A stretch of DNA of 47,909 nt from Octopus bimaculoides (taxonomy: Eukaryota). Of this stretch, positions 11,950-23,169 are shown one piece after another. Under the pieces are notes generated by a model, which saw only the letters and a list, made by a program, of their open reading frames with translations, had not been told where the DNA came from and searched no databases. How positions within the stretch are numbered: position 1 is the stretch's first letter; every line of letters begins with the position of its first letter. A program made the position numbers and the translations under genes. The stretch covers positions 32,733,619-32,781,527 of the forward strand of contig NC_068981.1 in the NCBI RefSeq assembly GCF_001194135.2. Direction: 5' to 3'.

Positions 11950-12320
11950 TCTTTTATTCTTTTACTTGCTTCACTCTTTTGACTGTGGCCATGCTGGAGC
12001 ACCGCCTTGAAGAGTTTTAGTCGAACCAATCAACCCCAGGACTTATTTTTTAAGGCTCGTACTTCTTCTATCAATCCTTTTTGCCAAACCACTAAGTTAC
12101 GTCGTCATAAACACACCAACACCGGTTATCAAGTGGTCGTTGAAATAAACAAAGGAACAAAGACACACAGACAGGCTCATATATCGTTTTTCTGGGGTTT
12201 TTTTCTTTCGATTTCCGTCTACCAAATCCACTCACACCGCTTTGGTCGGCTAGCAGTGGGACTGAACTTGGAACCATGGGGTTGGGAAACAAACTTCTTA
12301 CCACACAGCCACACCCGCAC
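11949..12320 (-). mobile_element. SINE family A, near full-length with internal deletion
   Basis: Reverse complement of the head (ggtgtggctgtgtggtaagaag...aagttcagtcccactgc) and tail (ggcggtgctccagcatggccacagtcaaa). Confidence 0.85.
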
Positions 12321-12517
12321 TTTTATAATAAACATAAATAAATATATTATAAATTAGTTTACATGTTTGCACTAATATGCATGCTAATCATTATACAATT
12401 GTTTATTTACGAATCAGAGAAGATAAAGTACGCTAGCTTATCAGGTCACTAGAACATCATGGTTACACCAGTTGAAGAATTGGTAAGATCGTGTGAAGTT
12501 CACATCTTTCCCTAAAG

Positions 12518-12600
12518 CAGTGATCCCCAAACAATACATCGCAGCACATTGTCGTGCTGGAACATGCAGCTTAACTATACGCTGCGAAAATGATAATAGT
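12518..12600 (+). mobile_element. Possible hAT terminal fragment
   Basis: CAGTGATCCCCAAAC resembles the hAT TIR at 20224; no matching right end found. Confidence 0.3.
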
Positions 12601-13364
12601 ATATTGATAAATGTTAAAAATTTAATCTGAAATTCTAAATATACAATGATGATAACTATTGTTCGTTTATTGAATAAAGATATATATTTGACAAATTTTT
12701 TCTAGTTTAAATTAGGCTAATATGCGTAAATATTTTTTAATACATTTTATTTTGCTGCTGTATTCATAAAGTACGCTAATGTATGTTTTATTTACAAAAT
12801 ATTTCGCCAAAATTAAACATTTTGTGAACGATTCCTTTAGAGTAATAGCAACTTAAATTAGATATATAGCTTTTTCAAGCGTAAATCGAAATTTTATCGT
12901 GAGCTCAAATGAACAGGAGCCTACTTCTCACTCTCCGGTCTTTCCAGTTAGTTTCCTTTGCATAAAGAATACACACGTAAAAGAGAAATAACGTAGTAAA
13001 TATAGTGAGGCCAAATAAATTTTTAATCAACTGGAATTACACCAATAAATAGAACAGTAATTAGCATTAAGGATAGTTCTTATCAAGATAAGCATGAGAG
13101 AAAACTTCAAAATTGAAATTGATTAAAAAGTTGCTGAAAACACGCAGTGATGAATGATTTTGCCATTTAAAAATCCAGAGATAATTTGAGGGTATTTTTT
13201 TATCTTATTTGTTCTCTTCAGTGAAGTATAGTCTAGCAGGAACATGCCAGATTATAGAATGACTTGTAAAGTCAGTTAATAGAGAATTTATTCACTGACA
13301 TAACACAATTTATTGTTTCGACCTAATCACTTATTCAACCAATGAAGAAAAATTTTCTTTCAAG

Positions 13365-13515
13365 TGATTTTACTAGAAAAGAAAGATGGAAAACTATCAA
13401 CAGAAGTGAATCTTGAAATAGATATTAAAATTGCAAATAAAAGTACTTTTGTTTTAGTAATGAGCAGAAATTCGATAAATTACTTCAAAGACCAGGTAAA
13501 CAAGTTCAAAGATAG
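13365..13515 (+). other. Candidate exon of unknown gene (VILLEKKDGKLSTEVNLEIDIKIANKSTFVLVMSRNSINYFKDQVNKFKD)
   Basis: ttttctttcaag acceptor, AG/gtaagt donor, 50 open codons in AT-rich DNA; no homology recognised. Confidence 0.25.
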
Positions 13516-13775
13516 GTAAGTGATGGGGATTAATTGGAGAGTCAAAAGAAAGAGAAAAATAGATAACATTATAGGCGAATAAAGGTCAACGATCGGTCAA
13601 GTCAGAAATAGGACTGATAAGGTATTATTACTATTGAATTAAGCTCGGTAAAATTAGGCTGAAAAATATTTTGTATATGCAATGAGTTAATGTGCTTGTA
13701 TTTTTGTTTTGTTTTTAGCTAAATTGTGTGTGAATTTGCGTATGTTTTCTGAATTTGCACGTGTATGTGTATACA

Positions 13776-13905
13776 TTTCGATTCCTGTACCGAGCAATAT
13801 GTTGTGTTCTTGAGCAAAACACTTCATTTTACATTGCTCCAGTCGAGTCGACTAACCAGCGTCCCATCCAGGGTGGAGTATATACGCCATAGAAACTGGG
13901 ATAAA
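13776..13905 (+). mobile_element. SINE family D fragment
   Basis: ttcgattcc B-box remnant, tgtgttcttgagcaaaacacttc core, and cagcgtcccatccagggtggagta...agaaactggg domain typical of metazoan SINE bodies. Confidence 0.6.
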
Positions 13906-14145
13906 ACGTCTTCCCAAGTCTATATGATTCAGTAAGAAGCTTTTTTATATCTTGTGTATATACGTGTGCATGTCTTATACACCACTTTTCTCGAATAATA
14001 GAACTGCAACTACAATATCTTTATATATTTTATATTTTATTTCTACTTTCATTCACATATTTCCCTCTATATTCGCTCTCTCCTCCTTTTCCATAATAAT
14101 TCCTTATTTCGAACTCAAAAATTTACCACTATTTAACCATCTCAC

Positions 14146-14198
14146 ATCGTATCTGATGAAGGGATATCCATAATATCTCAGAAGCATGTGTAAGACTA
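14146..14198 (+). ncRNA. Eroded minimal type I hammerhead ribozyme motif
   Basis: CTGATGA (14153-59), 7-bp stem II GGGATAT/ATATCTC, then GAAG-CATGT-GTA (core GAAA mutated); stem I partly mismatched. Confidence 0.35.
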
Positions 14199-14264
14199 TA
14201 TCTATATCTTTTTCCTAATAAATGTCCTGAAAACTCCTCACAGACTTGGCTTTGTTATCTCACT

Positions 14265-14480
14265 TTGCCTAACCGCCCCCAAAACAAGAAAAACAAGAAC
14301 AAACACAAGAGAAAAACAACACCGCGAGGACGTGGTACATGCAAAGTATTAGCAAACGCTAAGGGAAGGAAAGAAAGGTGGTTTTACATTTCGAGCAAAG
14401 CTCTTCGTCAGAAACAGGAGACGGAGGAAAGTCCAAGAAAAAGGAAGAGAGAGGAAAAAATCGTCAATGATTCACATTTG
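14265..14480 (-). mobile_element. Hammerhead-bearing repeat, probably derived from a Penelope-like pseudo-LTR
   Basis: Contains the 14381-14415 hammerhead; the A-rich segment aacaagaacaaacacaagagaaaaacaac resembles the 22140-22185 arm. Confidence 0.45.
14381..14415 (-). ncRNA. Minimal type I hammerhead ribozyme motif with intact catalytic core
   Basis: Minus strand GTTT-CTGACGA-A-GAGC-TTT-GCTC-GAAA-TG-TA^AAAC: 4-bp stem I, 4-bp stem II, loopless stem III and a GUA cleavage triplet. Confidence 0.65.
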
Positions 14481-15046
14481 ATTAAATTTTATATACGTTA
14501 ATTTCCAACGTTTAATGTAATTTAATTACTAAATCAAATATTATATGTATCTCTGTTTAAGCCTATATATGTCTGTATACTGTTGAACGTAGCTATATTA
14601 AGTTATTTAATCGAGCTGAATTTAAAGTAACGTAAAAAAAAACATATATTGAATATAATTTAAGATAGGTAAGTTGCGAGTGATTCTATAGAGTGATCTA
14701 TAAAATATTTCACTGCTAGCATAAAACAAATAGTAGATATATATCTCTGGATACTACCAAACGAAAAACAAAAATGCAATATAAGATATAAAGTACGAAA
14801 GCTATAGTGAACTTAATTTTTCGTGGCTATAGTTAAAATTCGCCAGCTAATCAGGTAATCACGGATAGAAACATTTTTATATTCATATGAGTGTCTACCC
14901 ATCCAGTGAATGTGCTATATATTTCTATTTTTTGTGCTTAGTGCGTTGAATTTAACGAAGCATTCTAAAATTAAAAGGATATCTGATTTTGAGCTTTCAG
15001 AGTTCGATGATTTTTTTTTTTTTTTTTTTTTTTTTTGTTTGTATAT

Positions 15047-15140
15047 TTAGAGCTTGATGATGTTATGGTCTGAGAAAGATTTTGCTTTGATATTGTGTAC
15101 CAGGTTTGTGTTCTTGGTGAATAAAATTTCGAATGTATTA
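15047..15140 (-). mobile_element. Possible LINE APE-endonuclease remnant next to a poly(A) tract
   Basis: Minus-strand peptide ILFTKNTNLVHNIKAKSFSDHNIIKL ends in an SDH motif typical of APE domains; a minus-strand poly(A) run lies just downstream at ~15010-15037. Confidence 0.3.
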
Positions 15141-16856
15141 TGTTTACGTATAGGTTTCGTTATTAATTGTTGTAAGAACTCTTGGCTGGGAGTTAATAAG
15201 TACCAGTATTCTCTATAGAAGTGAGCCTCCGCGTTTAGCATATAATGAAGGCCAGCTTACTCCAAGGAAGCCTTTACAGTGCTTATCTACCAACTAGAAA
15301 TAGCAGCCTAATATACATAGAGTTTAACCTGAGCTACGCAACAATAAATTATGTTGTAAATAGAAGTACCCAACTAACACAGCTTAATTCTATGATCAGA
15401 GGAAGTATTATGTAACTTAACAGTGTTTTGCCACTGTTGGCTTGCGTTGATGTACTGCGAGACTAATGGAAGCAACTAGAAAGCAGTTTAGTGTAACACA
15501 CATATTGCAGTGTAAGTCTTAGTTTCCACAAAATGAAAAAGAAATGAGGAGACAATTGGTTAAAGCAAAGAAAAAAACAAAAGAGGTCAGTATAAAGAAA
15601 ATTGGAAAACATTGACATGACTACAACATATTTATCACATTTTGCCAAACCCTGTAGGAATTAAACTTAATGACTTGGATATTGTCGTTCAACAAATTCT
15701 AATATTGTACAACAAGTATTGCTTTCTTACGTAGTTACAAAGATGTATATAGCCAAATTTAATTGATCCGTACACTTGACCGAAACATATTTATTAAAAG
15801 CGGAGTGAAGAAAATTAAAGTTATTCCTGATAAGATTTGAGCTCAGAATGTAGAAATGACGAAACTAAAACACTGCAAAGTATTTAATCCAGCATTCCAT
15901 TGTCTTTCTTGCTTCCTTTCGCCTTTCCACAACGTATTAATAATGTATCATTACACAAGCTGTTGTAGCTTGATGTCCAATAGCTATTGTTAGAGTGACG
16001 TATAACATAGCTCTTAAATATTTATTATTAATATATCTCTTGTAATTCGATAACCTGTAGCTACAGATAAACGTTCAACATAGTTATAAATGGTATATCA
16101 TTAAGATACCGCAGTAGAATGTCCTTAGGCAAAAGATGGCTACACAATATAGATATTAAGAAATATAACGGAAAGGGGATGTAATATACATTTGTAGGCA
16201 TACAACGAACGTCTATAAAGTTTGTTTGATATGTATAAATTCAGACACACATACACACGCGTGCACGTGTGTTAGTGTAAATATACTTGTCTGTATGTGT
16301 TTATATGTGTATGAGCGCGTATAGCTATGTATGTGTTTTCGTGTGCATGTGTGGATGTAAATGTGAATGTGTGAATGTAAGCGTGCTTGTTTGTGGTTGC
16401 GTGTACATGTGTGTATGTGTGCGTGTGTGTGCATGCGTGTATGTGCGTGTGTGCATGCGAGTAAATGGAAGCAGGTGGGCTGCCGGTCATTGTTTGCAAT
16501 CTATTAATGATTTCCAGTTGGAATTCTGGTACTTACATCGCAAAAGTCCTTGTAAAATTCTCGCTACTTCAGCTTGCTAGCTACCGCTCTAAAAATCCCC
16601 TTCCTTCTGACACACCTCAAACACTCTCACGTGCGCATAAGCAAATACTTACACATACAATCTCGCATAAACTCACACCTGTATGTATGTGTCAGTGTAT
16701 ATGTATATATATATATATATATATNNNNNNNNNNNNNNNNNNNNNNNNNNNNNNNNNNNNNNNNNNNNNNNNNNNNNNNNNNNNNNNNNNNNNNNNNNNN
16801 NNNNNNNNNNNNNNNNTACTACAACTAATAGTCGGCAAAATTTGCTTTTATTTGTA

Positions 16857-17080
16857 AATTTTCTTTCCAATTTTGGCAAAAGGCCAGCAAGTTTTGAGAG
16901 AAGGGACATGTCGATTACATCGACCCCAGTACTTGACTGGTACGTTATTTAATCGACTCCGAAAGAATGAAAGGCAAAGTTGACCTCGGTGGGATTTGAA
17001 CTCAGAACGTAAAGAGCCAGAAGAAATACGCCAAGCATTTTTTTGTTGGGTGCACTAAAACACTCTGGCAGTTTACCGCT
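16857..17080 (-). mobile_element. SINE family B, full-length
   Basis: Reverse complement of the 8736 copy: ttctgagttcaaatcccaccgaggtcaactttgcctttcattctttcggagtcgattaaataacgtaccagtcaagtactggggtcgatgtaatcgac. Confidence 0.85.
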
Positions 17081-17097
17081 TTTACTTGTAAATTTCT

Positions 17098-17978
17098 GGG
17101 TTCAGTAAAGGTAGAATTTCCTACGTTTCCGATCAAGATCTTTTTTCAGAAGAAAGAGAAAAGTGTGTTTTTTTTTTGTTGTTTTTTTTTTTTGCTCTCA
17201 TTTCATGAAACTTTGTGAGTAGAAGAAAATACTTAGAAATAGTAAAGCATGGTTCCTACTAACGTATGATATATATGGAAGTGATGGAATTGAAAGTAAT
17301 AGAATGAGAGATTAGGGAAAAGTGAGTTGCGAGGTAGAGGGAGAAGAACGAGGGAATATTGAACAGTATAAGGAAGTGACGGAACTGTTGATCAATGTCA
17401 GTGATCTGTAAACTGGTTAAATGATATTGCACCGAACACCGTGCATGGATAAATGCAAATGAGTATCAAACTAAACCTAATGTTTTTTCTTGTTTCTTTT
17501 TGGCCCGCGCTGCTAGATTTTAGACAAATGTAAACAAATGCCTGTTGTAGCTATTACTTCTGCATACAGAAACAGGAGGATTCACTTGGCTGGTTTCAAA
17601 CCTGGTTAGGTTCCTCAACTGAAATAGCACTCTCGCTATAAATTAGGAAGCTTTTGGGGTTCACTAGAAGCAGAATTTCCAACGTTTCTAACCAAAATAT
17701 TCTTCAACGAAAAGAGAAAAGGTCTACTTTAGTCTTAGTTCGTGAAGTGTGAGAATAATTGAGAATATTTGAAAATGCATTGAAGAGAAATGATGCAAGA
17801 GAAACAGAATGAGGTTTCAGGAGCTATAAAAAAGATCTAGTTTCTTTTTTAGGCCACGATGCTAGAATTTAGACAAATGTAAATAATATTTATTACTTCT
17901 GAAGACAGAAATAGGAGGATTCACTTGACCGGTTTCAGAACGAGTTAGGTTTCTCAGCTAAAATAGCGCGCTCGCCTC
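17098..17978. repeat. Old diverged tandem duplication (A1 17098-17240, B1 17490-17640, A2 17657-17780, B2 17840-17978)
   Basis: Shared blocks ggttca.ta.a.g.agaatttcc.acgtttc and gctaga.tttagacaaatgtaaa...cagaaa.aggaggattcacttg.c.ggtttca. Confidence 0.8.
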
Positions 17979-18199
17979 TTCTTCTCATAAAGTATTATAT
18001 TGATTAATAATTATTGATAGCTAATAAAATGGTCTCATTAAATTAGTTGGTTCAATTTGCGTAAATACGTATTTGACATTATCCAACTACGCTGTTTAGC
18101 CGCAATAATACTTCATTAAATTAATAAATGACCAGCACTAGTTATGCAACTCATACCAAATAATTTACCGAAACTATATATTTAGGGAGAGGGGGATAA

Positions 18200-18217
18200 A
18201 TAGATAGACAGATAGAC

Positions 18218-18277
<60 letters not shown>
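18200..18277. repeat. (GATA)n microsatellite
   Basis: Directly visible. Confidence 0.95.
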
Positions 18278-18278
<1 letters not shown>

Positions 18279-18744
18279 TGTGGACGTAGGTGTGAGTGGG
18301 TGTAAATATATATATATTTATATCAATGTATGTATATATGTGTTTGGGTGTGTGTATTTGTATATGTAATTGCACGTGTGTGTGTGTGCGTTTGTGTGTG
18401 TCTGTGCGTGCGTGCGTGCATGTACGTGTGTGTGTGTGTGTACATGCATAATAGCTGCAACTCTATTCCAAGCAATGTCATCATTGTTCTCTTTCACATA
18501 AACAGCACGGTTGTGACTTTTCATTCCCGATATGGACCTCTACTCTTTTACACTGATGTGGTAACAACGGACGCCTCTTGCAGCTTTCAATCCATCAGTC
18601 ATACATACATGCATACATACATACATACACAATGTTATCCAGCACAATATCTTGTAATCCTATGCAAGTAAGTACACGCGTGCATACGGGTGGTAATAAC
18701 ACATAGGCCAGCAGCTTACTTCCAAATATTTGGATGCATAACTG

Positions 18745-18912
18745 CCTCTTTCTCTCTCTCTTTCTTTCATTCTTCCTCTCTCTTCCGTCTCTCGTTCACA
18801 CTTTCTCTTCTTTCTTTTTCTCTCTCTCTCTCTTTCCCTATCTCATTTACTCTTTCCCTCTCTCTTTCTTTCTTTCTTTCTTTCTCTCTCTCTCTTTCTC
18901 TCTCTCTCTTTC

Positions 18913-18952
<40 letters not shown>

Positions 18953-19259
18953 CTGTCTCGTACATTCTTTATTTTTCTCTTCCTCACTCTTTCCCTATCT
19001 CGTTTACTCTTTCTCTTTCTATCCTTCTCTCTTCTGTCTCTCGTTCACTCTTTCTCTTCTTTCTCTTTGTTTCTCTCTCTCTCTCTTTTCCTATCTCGTT
19101 TACTCTTTTCCTCTCTCTTTCTTTCTCTTTCTCGCTTCCCTGTCTCGTTCACTCTTTCTCTTCTTTCTCTTTCTCTCTTTCTCTTTCTTTCATTCTTTCT
19201 CTCTCTCCCTCTCTCTTCCCTCTCTCGTTCACTCTTTCTCTTCTTTCTCTTTCTCTTTC

Positions 19260-19298
<39 letters not shown>

Positions 19299-19830
19299 CT
19301 CTCTCTCTCTCTCTCTCTCTTCCCGTCTCGTTCACTCTTTCTCTTCCTTCTCTTTCTCTCCCTCACTCTTTCCCTATCTCGTTTACTCTTTCTCTTTCTC
19401 TTCCTCTCTCTTCCCTCTCTCGTTCACTCTTTCTCTTCTTTCTCTTTCTCTCTCTCTTCCCTATCTCGTTTACTCTTTTCCTCTTTCTTTCTTTCTTTCT
19501 TTCTTTCTCTCTCTCTCTCTCTGTCTTCTCTGTCTCGTTCACTCTTTCTCTTCTTTCTCTCTTTCTCTCCCTCACTCATTCCTTGTCTCGTTTACTCTTT
19601 CTTTTTTTCACTTCCTCTCTCTCTCTGTCTTTCTTTCATTCTTTCTCACTCTCTCCCTCTCTCGTTCACTCTTTCTCTTCTTTCTCTTCCTCTTTCTCTC
19701 TCTTTCTTTCTTTCTTTATCTCTCTTTCTCTTCCCCGTCTCGTTCACTCTTTCTCTTCTTTCTCTTTCTCTCCCTCACTCTTTCCCTATGTCGTTTACTC
19801 TTTCTCTTTTTTTCTCTTTCTCTCTCTCTT
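18745..19830. repeat. 1.1-kb polypyrimidine tract with an embedded minisatellite
   Basis: Recurring ctcgttcactct (~9x) and ctcgtttactct (~7x) anchors within (CT)n/(CTTT)n. Confidence 0.92.
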
Positions 19831-20223
19831 CGCGCGCCGGCATGCGTGTGCTGGCAAGAGGAAATATGCGATGAGGCGGGTAACTTTCTACTTTTCGTGT
19901 AAGCGATAGAGATTTGAATGCGCATGATCTTATTGACAAGCTGTTTAAAAATCATTAACATTCAACTGACCACCACCATCTCTTTTAACATTATATTAGC
20001 CAATAAATCTTCCTTTCCTCTCGATTCCTAACCGCACAATCTCTACATTGTCTTTCTCTCTCTCTCACCATTTCTCTTTCATGCGTCTACAGAAAATAAT
20101 TTCCTATTTTTTACACTCGTTCTTTACTACTTCCACGCTCTCAATGGAACAAGTAAAGAAGAAAATATTTTCTTTCCTCTTGAAAACGGACTTGGGTCGA
20201 AATGTCAGAACTTTCCTCTATAT

Positions 20224-20507
20224 CAGGGGTTTTCAAACTGTGGTCTGCGGACCACAGGGGGTCCGCAAGGACAAGACAGGGGGTCCGTGGACAGCAAATA
20301 ATTTTTACGGGCAATTTGATTTTATATATGTTTTTTAATCGAAATCTTTTAATTGACAATAAGCCTATCTGTTAAATACTGTTAAATAAATAAATGTAAA
20401 AATATATGATATTTTAAGGAAATATTTATGTATAAATTTCATAAGCGTTTATAAGGTAAAGCCTGAAATAAAAGGGGTCCGCAAGTCAAAAGGTTTGAAA
20501 ACCCCTG
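20224..20507. mobile_element. hAT-superfamily MITE (Charlie/Buster-like)
   Basis: Perfect 15-bp TIRs CAGGGGTTTTCAAAC / GTTTGAAAACCCCTG; perfect 8-bp TSD CTCTATAT (20216-23 and 20508-15) with central TA; subterminal ggggtccg repeats. Confidence 0.95.
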
Positions 20508-20822
20508 CTCTATATCATCATAAATTACTCGACGCATTACATATAAACATACACACACAAACACATATGTGCATGAGGGTGCATCTGTGTCTGTATATAT
20601 ACGTATCAACGGATATGTGCACGTGTGTGTTTTAACAAACAAATGAAATTAGCGGAAATTGTTGAGTTCTGTCTTATATTCATCGTTACGTTCAAATTCC
20701 TTTACACAATATGAAATATAGCATCGCAAAACTTTTCTCACCTTAATAAAATTAAATAATGCCATAGTTATGTCACTAATATGAATAGCATCATACTTTC
20801 TCTCTCACCACCCCCACCTCAC

Positions 20823-20956
20823 CGACCAACATGGAGTCGAATGTTCATGCTGAAACACAAAATCATGTTGTGAAATAAATCCGGCAAAAATGAAGCCATG
20901 ATATACGAAGCATAGATTATCTCCATCAAGCGTAACACCGATACCGAGCACAAACG
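20823..20956 (-). other. Candidate 134-nt exon of unknown gene
   Basis: gtcgttgtag acceptor and TCG/gtgagg donor; two frames open (AFVLGIGVTLDGDNLCFVYHGFIFAGFISQH... or RLCSVSVLRLMEIIYASYIMASFLPDLFHNM...). Confidence 0.25.
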
Positions 20957-20968
20957 CTACAACGACAT

Positions 20969-20970
<2 letters not shown>

Positions 20971-21040
<70 letters not shown>
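20971..21040. repeat. (TG)n microsatellite
   Basis: Directly visible. Confidence 0.97.
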
Positions 21041-21041
<1 letters not shown>

Positions 21042-21767
21042 TGCATATACATACAAGAACAAGTAGAAAGATATATTTTTATCCAACACGTAAATACTGA
21101 ACAGTATATATATATACAAGATAAAAACCTTTTTAAGAGCAGAAAAATTTGCCGGCAACCAGCCAGGCTGAAAAAATATATATCTTTCTACTTGTTCTAC
21201 AATACATTTCAACGCTTCAAAAACAAATTTTAAGTCTTACCAGTGAACTAAAGAACTAAATAACTTCATTTAAATGGTCTAATAAGGCCGATAAGACCGA
21301 AAGTCGTCAATCACTTTCACAATTTGGCTTTACAGACTCACTTCAAAATATATTGCCTTTATTGTCTACTAGACTATCTAAAATTTCGAACAACTCAACT
21401 CATTGGAGTTGTACAACCCCAGAAGGTGTATTTATTTCCTAATTGCATCTATGAACTCTGTTCATCAAAGCTTTTCATTTCACTGTAGTGCATATGGGGA
21501 AACCTACCAAATCTGTATTTAGTGTGAACATTACCCTGAGATATTTTCCCTTAGTCAAAATTATGCATAAAAATAGTAGGCTTTGTGTGAAATGATATTT
21601 AATATTAGATCTAAAATTGCTATATAGAAAATAATGAAGTATTTGAAAATAAAAAGGACCTTTATTAGCGGATTTTAAATTATATATTTTTGTGTGTGCG
21701 TACCTTTATATGCATGTGCGTATATCTACATATGTATATCAATATCAGTATACATTTGAGTGTATGT

Positions 21768-21826
<59 letters not shown>

Positions 21827-21846
21827 TGTCTGTATACTTCTATCGA

Positions 21847-21977
21847 TTGCTTCATAACCGCATAGTTCGGGGTTCAGTCCCACTGCGTGGCGTCTTGGGC
21901 AAGTGTCTTCTACTATATCCTCGGGCCGACCAAAGCCTTATTAGTAGATTTGGTAGACGAAGCTGAAAGAAGTCCGT

Positions 21978-22013
<36 letters not shown>

Positions 22014-22471
22014 TATATACATACATATATGCACATACTTACATATATTAGTGTATACATATGCATACATGGGTACAGGACGGCATAAAACGTAAACAAC
22101 ATGAAATACGAAAACATAGAATACGAATTTTTTTGTAAACAACGAAAGAAACAAATCAAAAACAAGAGAAATAACATAAAGAACGACCCTTCATCAGTTG
22201 TCGGCTGTTTTATCTACTCCACATTTCGAGCAGGAGTAGATAAAACAGTCGACAACTGATGAAGTGTTGTTCTTTATGTTACTTGTCTTGTTTTCCATTT
22301 GTTTCGTTCGTTGTTCGCAAAAAAGTTTGTATTCCATGTTTTCGTATTTCGTATTTCATGTTGTTTACGTTTTATGACATCCTGTATCCATATATGCATA
22401 TGTATATACATATATATGTAAGTATGTATATATATGTAGATATATATGCTTATATATATTATTTATATTAC

Positions 22472-22504
<33 letters not shown>

Positions 22505-22715
22505 CCTGCGTCTGTGTGTTTGTGTCTGTGTTTGTCCTCCACCATTGCTTGACAACAGATGTTGGTCTGTTTACGTCCACAAACTAGCGGTCCGACAAAA
22601 GACACCGATAGAATAAGTAACAGGCTTACGAAAAATAAGTCCAGTGGTCTATTTCTTCGACTAAAAGGCATTGCTCCAACATGGCCGCAGTCAAAATGAC
22701 TGAAACAAGTCAAAG

Positions 22716-22716
<1 letters not shown>
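21847..22716 (+). mobile_element. SINE family A copy with a large palindromic insert in its internal microsatellite
   Basis: Head ggggttcagtcccactgcgtggcgtcttgggcaagtgtcttc at 21870; tail ctccaacatggccgcagtcaaaatgactgaaacaag at 22673. Confidence 0.88.
22011..22449. repeat. Long inverted repeat (foldback), ~210-bp arms, 12-nt loop
   Basis: 22189-22220 pairs with 22233-22264 over 32 bp (31 Watson-Crick plus 1 G-U); pairing continues outward with scattered mismatches; loop acatttcgagca. Confidence 0.95.
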
Positions 22717-22747
<31 letters not shown>

Positions 22748-22872
22748 AGCAAGACATTCAAACGCTTTTGATTTTAAAATGTGTATATATATCTATGCAT
22801 TTACTTGCAATGTGATAAACATTTAAAAACACAAAACGAACGCCGTCACCACTCACTGTCTCTTTCACTCAC

Positions 22873-22933
<61 letters not shown>

Positions 22934-23138
22934 NNNNNNNNNNNNNNNNNNNNNNNNNNNNNNNNNNNNNNNNNNNNNNNNNNNNNNNNNNNNNNNNNNN
23001 NNNNNNNNNNNNNNNNNNNNNNNNNNNTTTAGAAACACAAAACGAACGCTGTCACCACTCACTGTCTCTTTCACTCTTTCTCTTTCTCTCTCACTCTCTC
23101 ACTTTCTCTCTCACTCTCTCACTTTCTCTCTCACTCTC

Positions 23139-23169
<31 letters not shown>

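Noticed and set aside
18690-19909. ~390-aa S/L/F-rich ORFs
   Set aside because: These translate a polypyrimidine tract, which cannot contain stop codons; no ATG start for the longest and no domain
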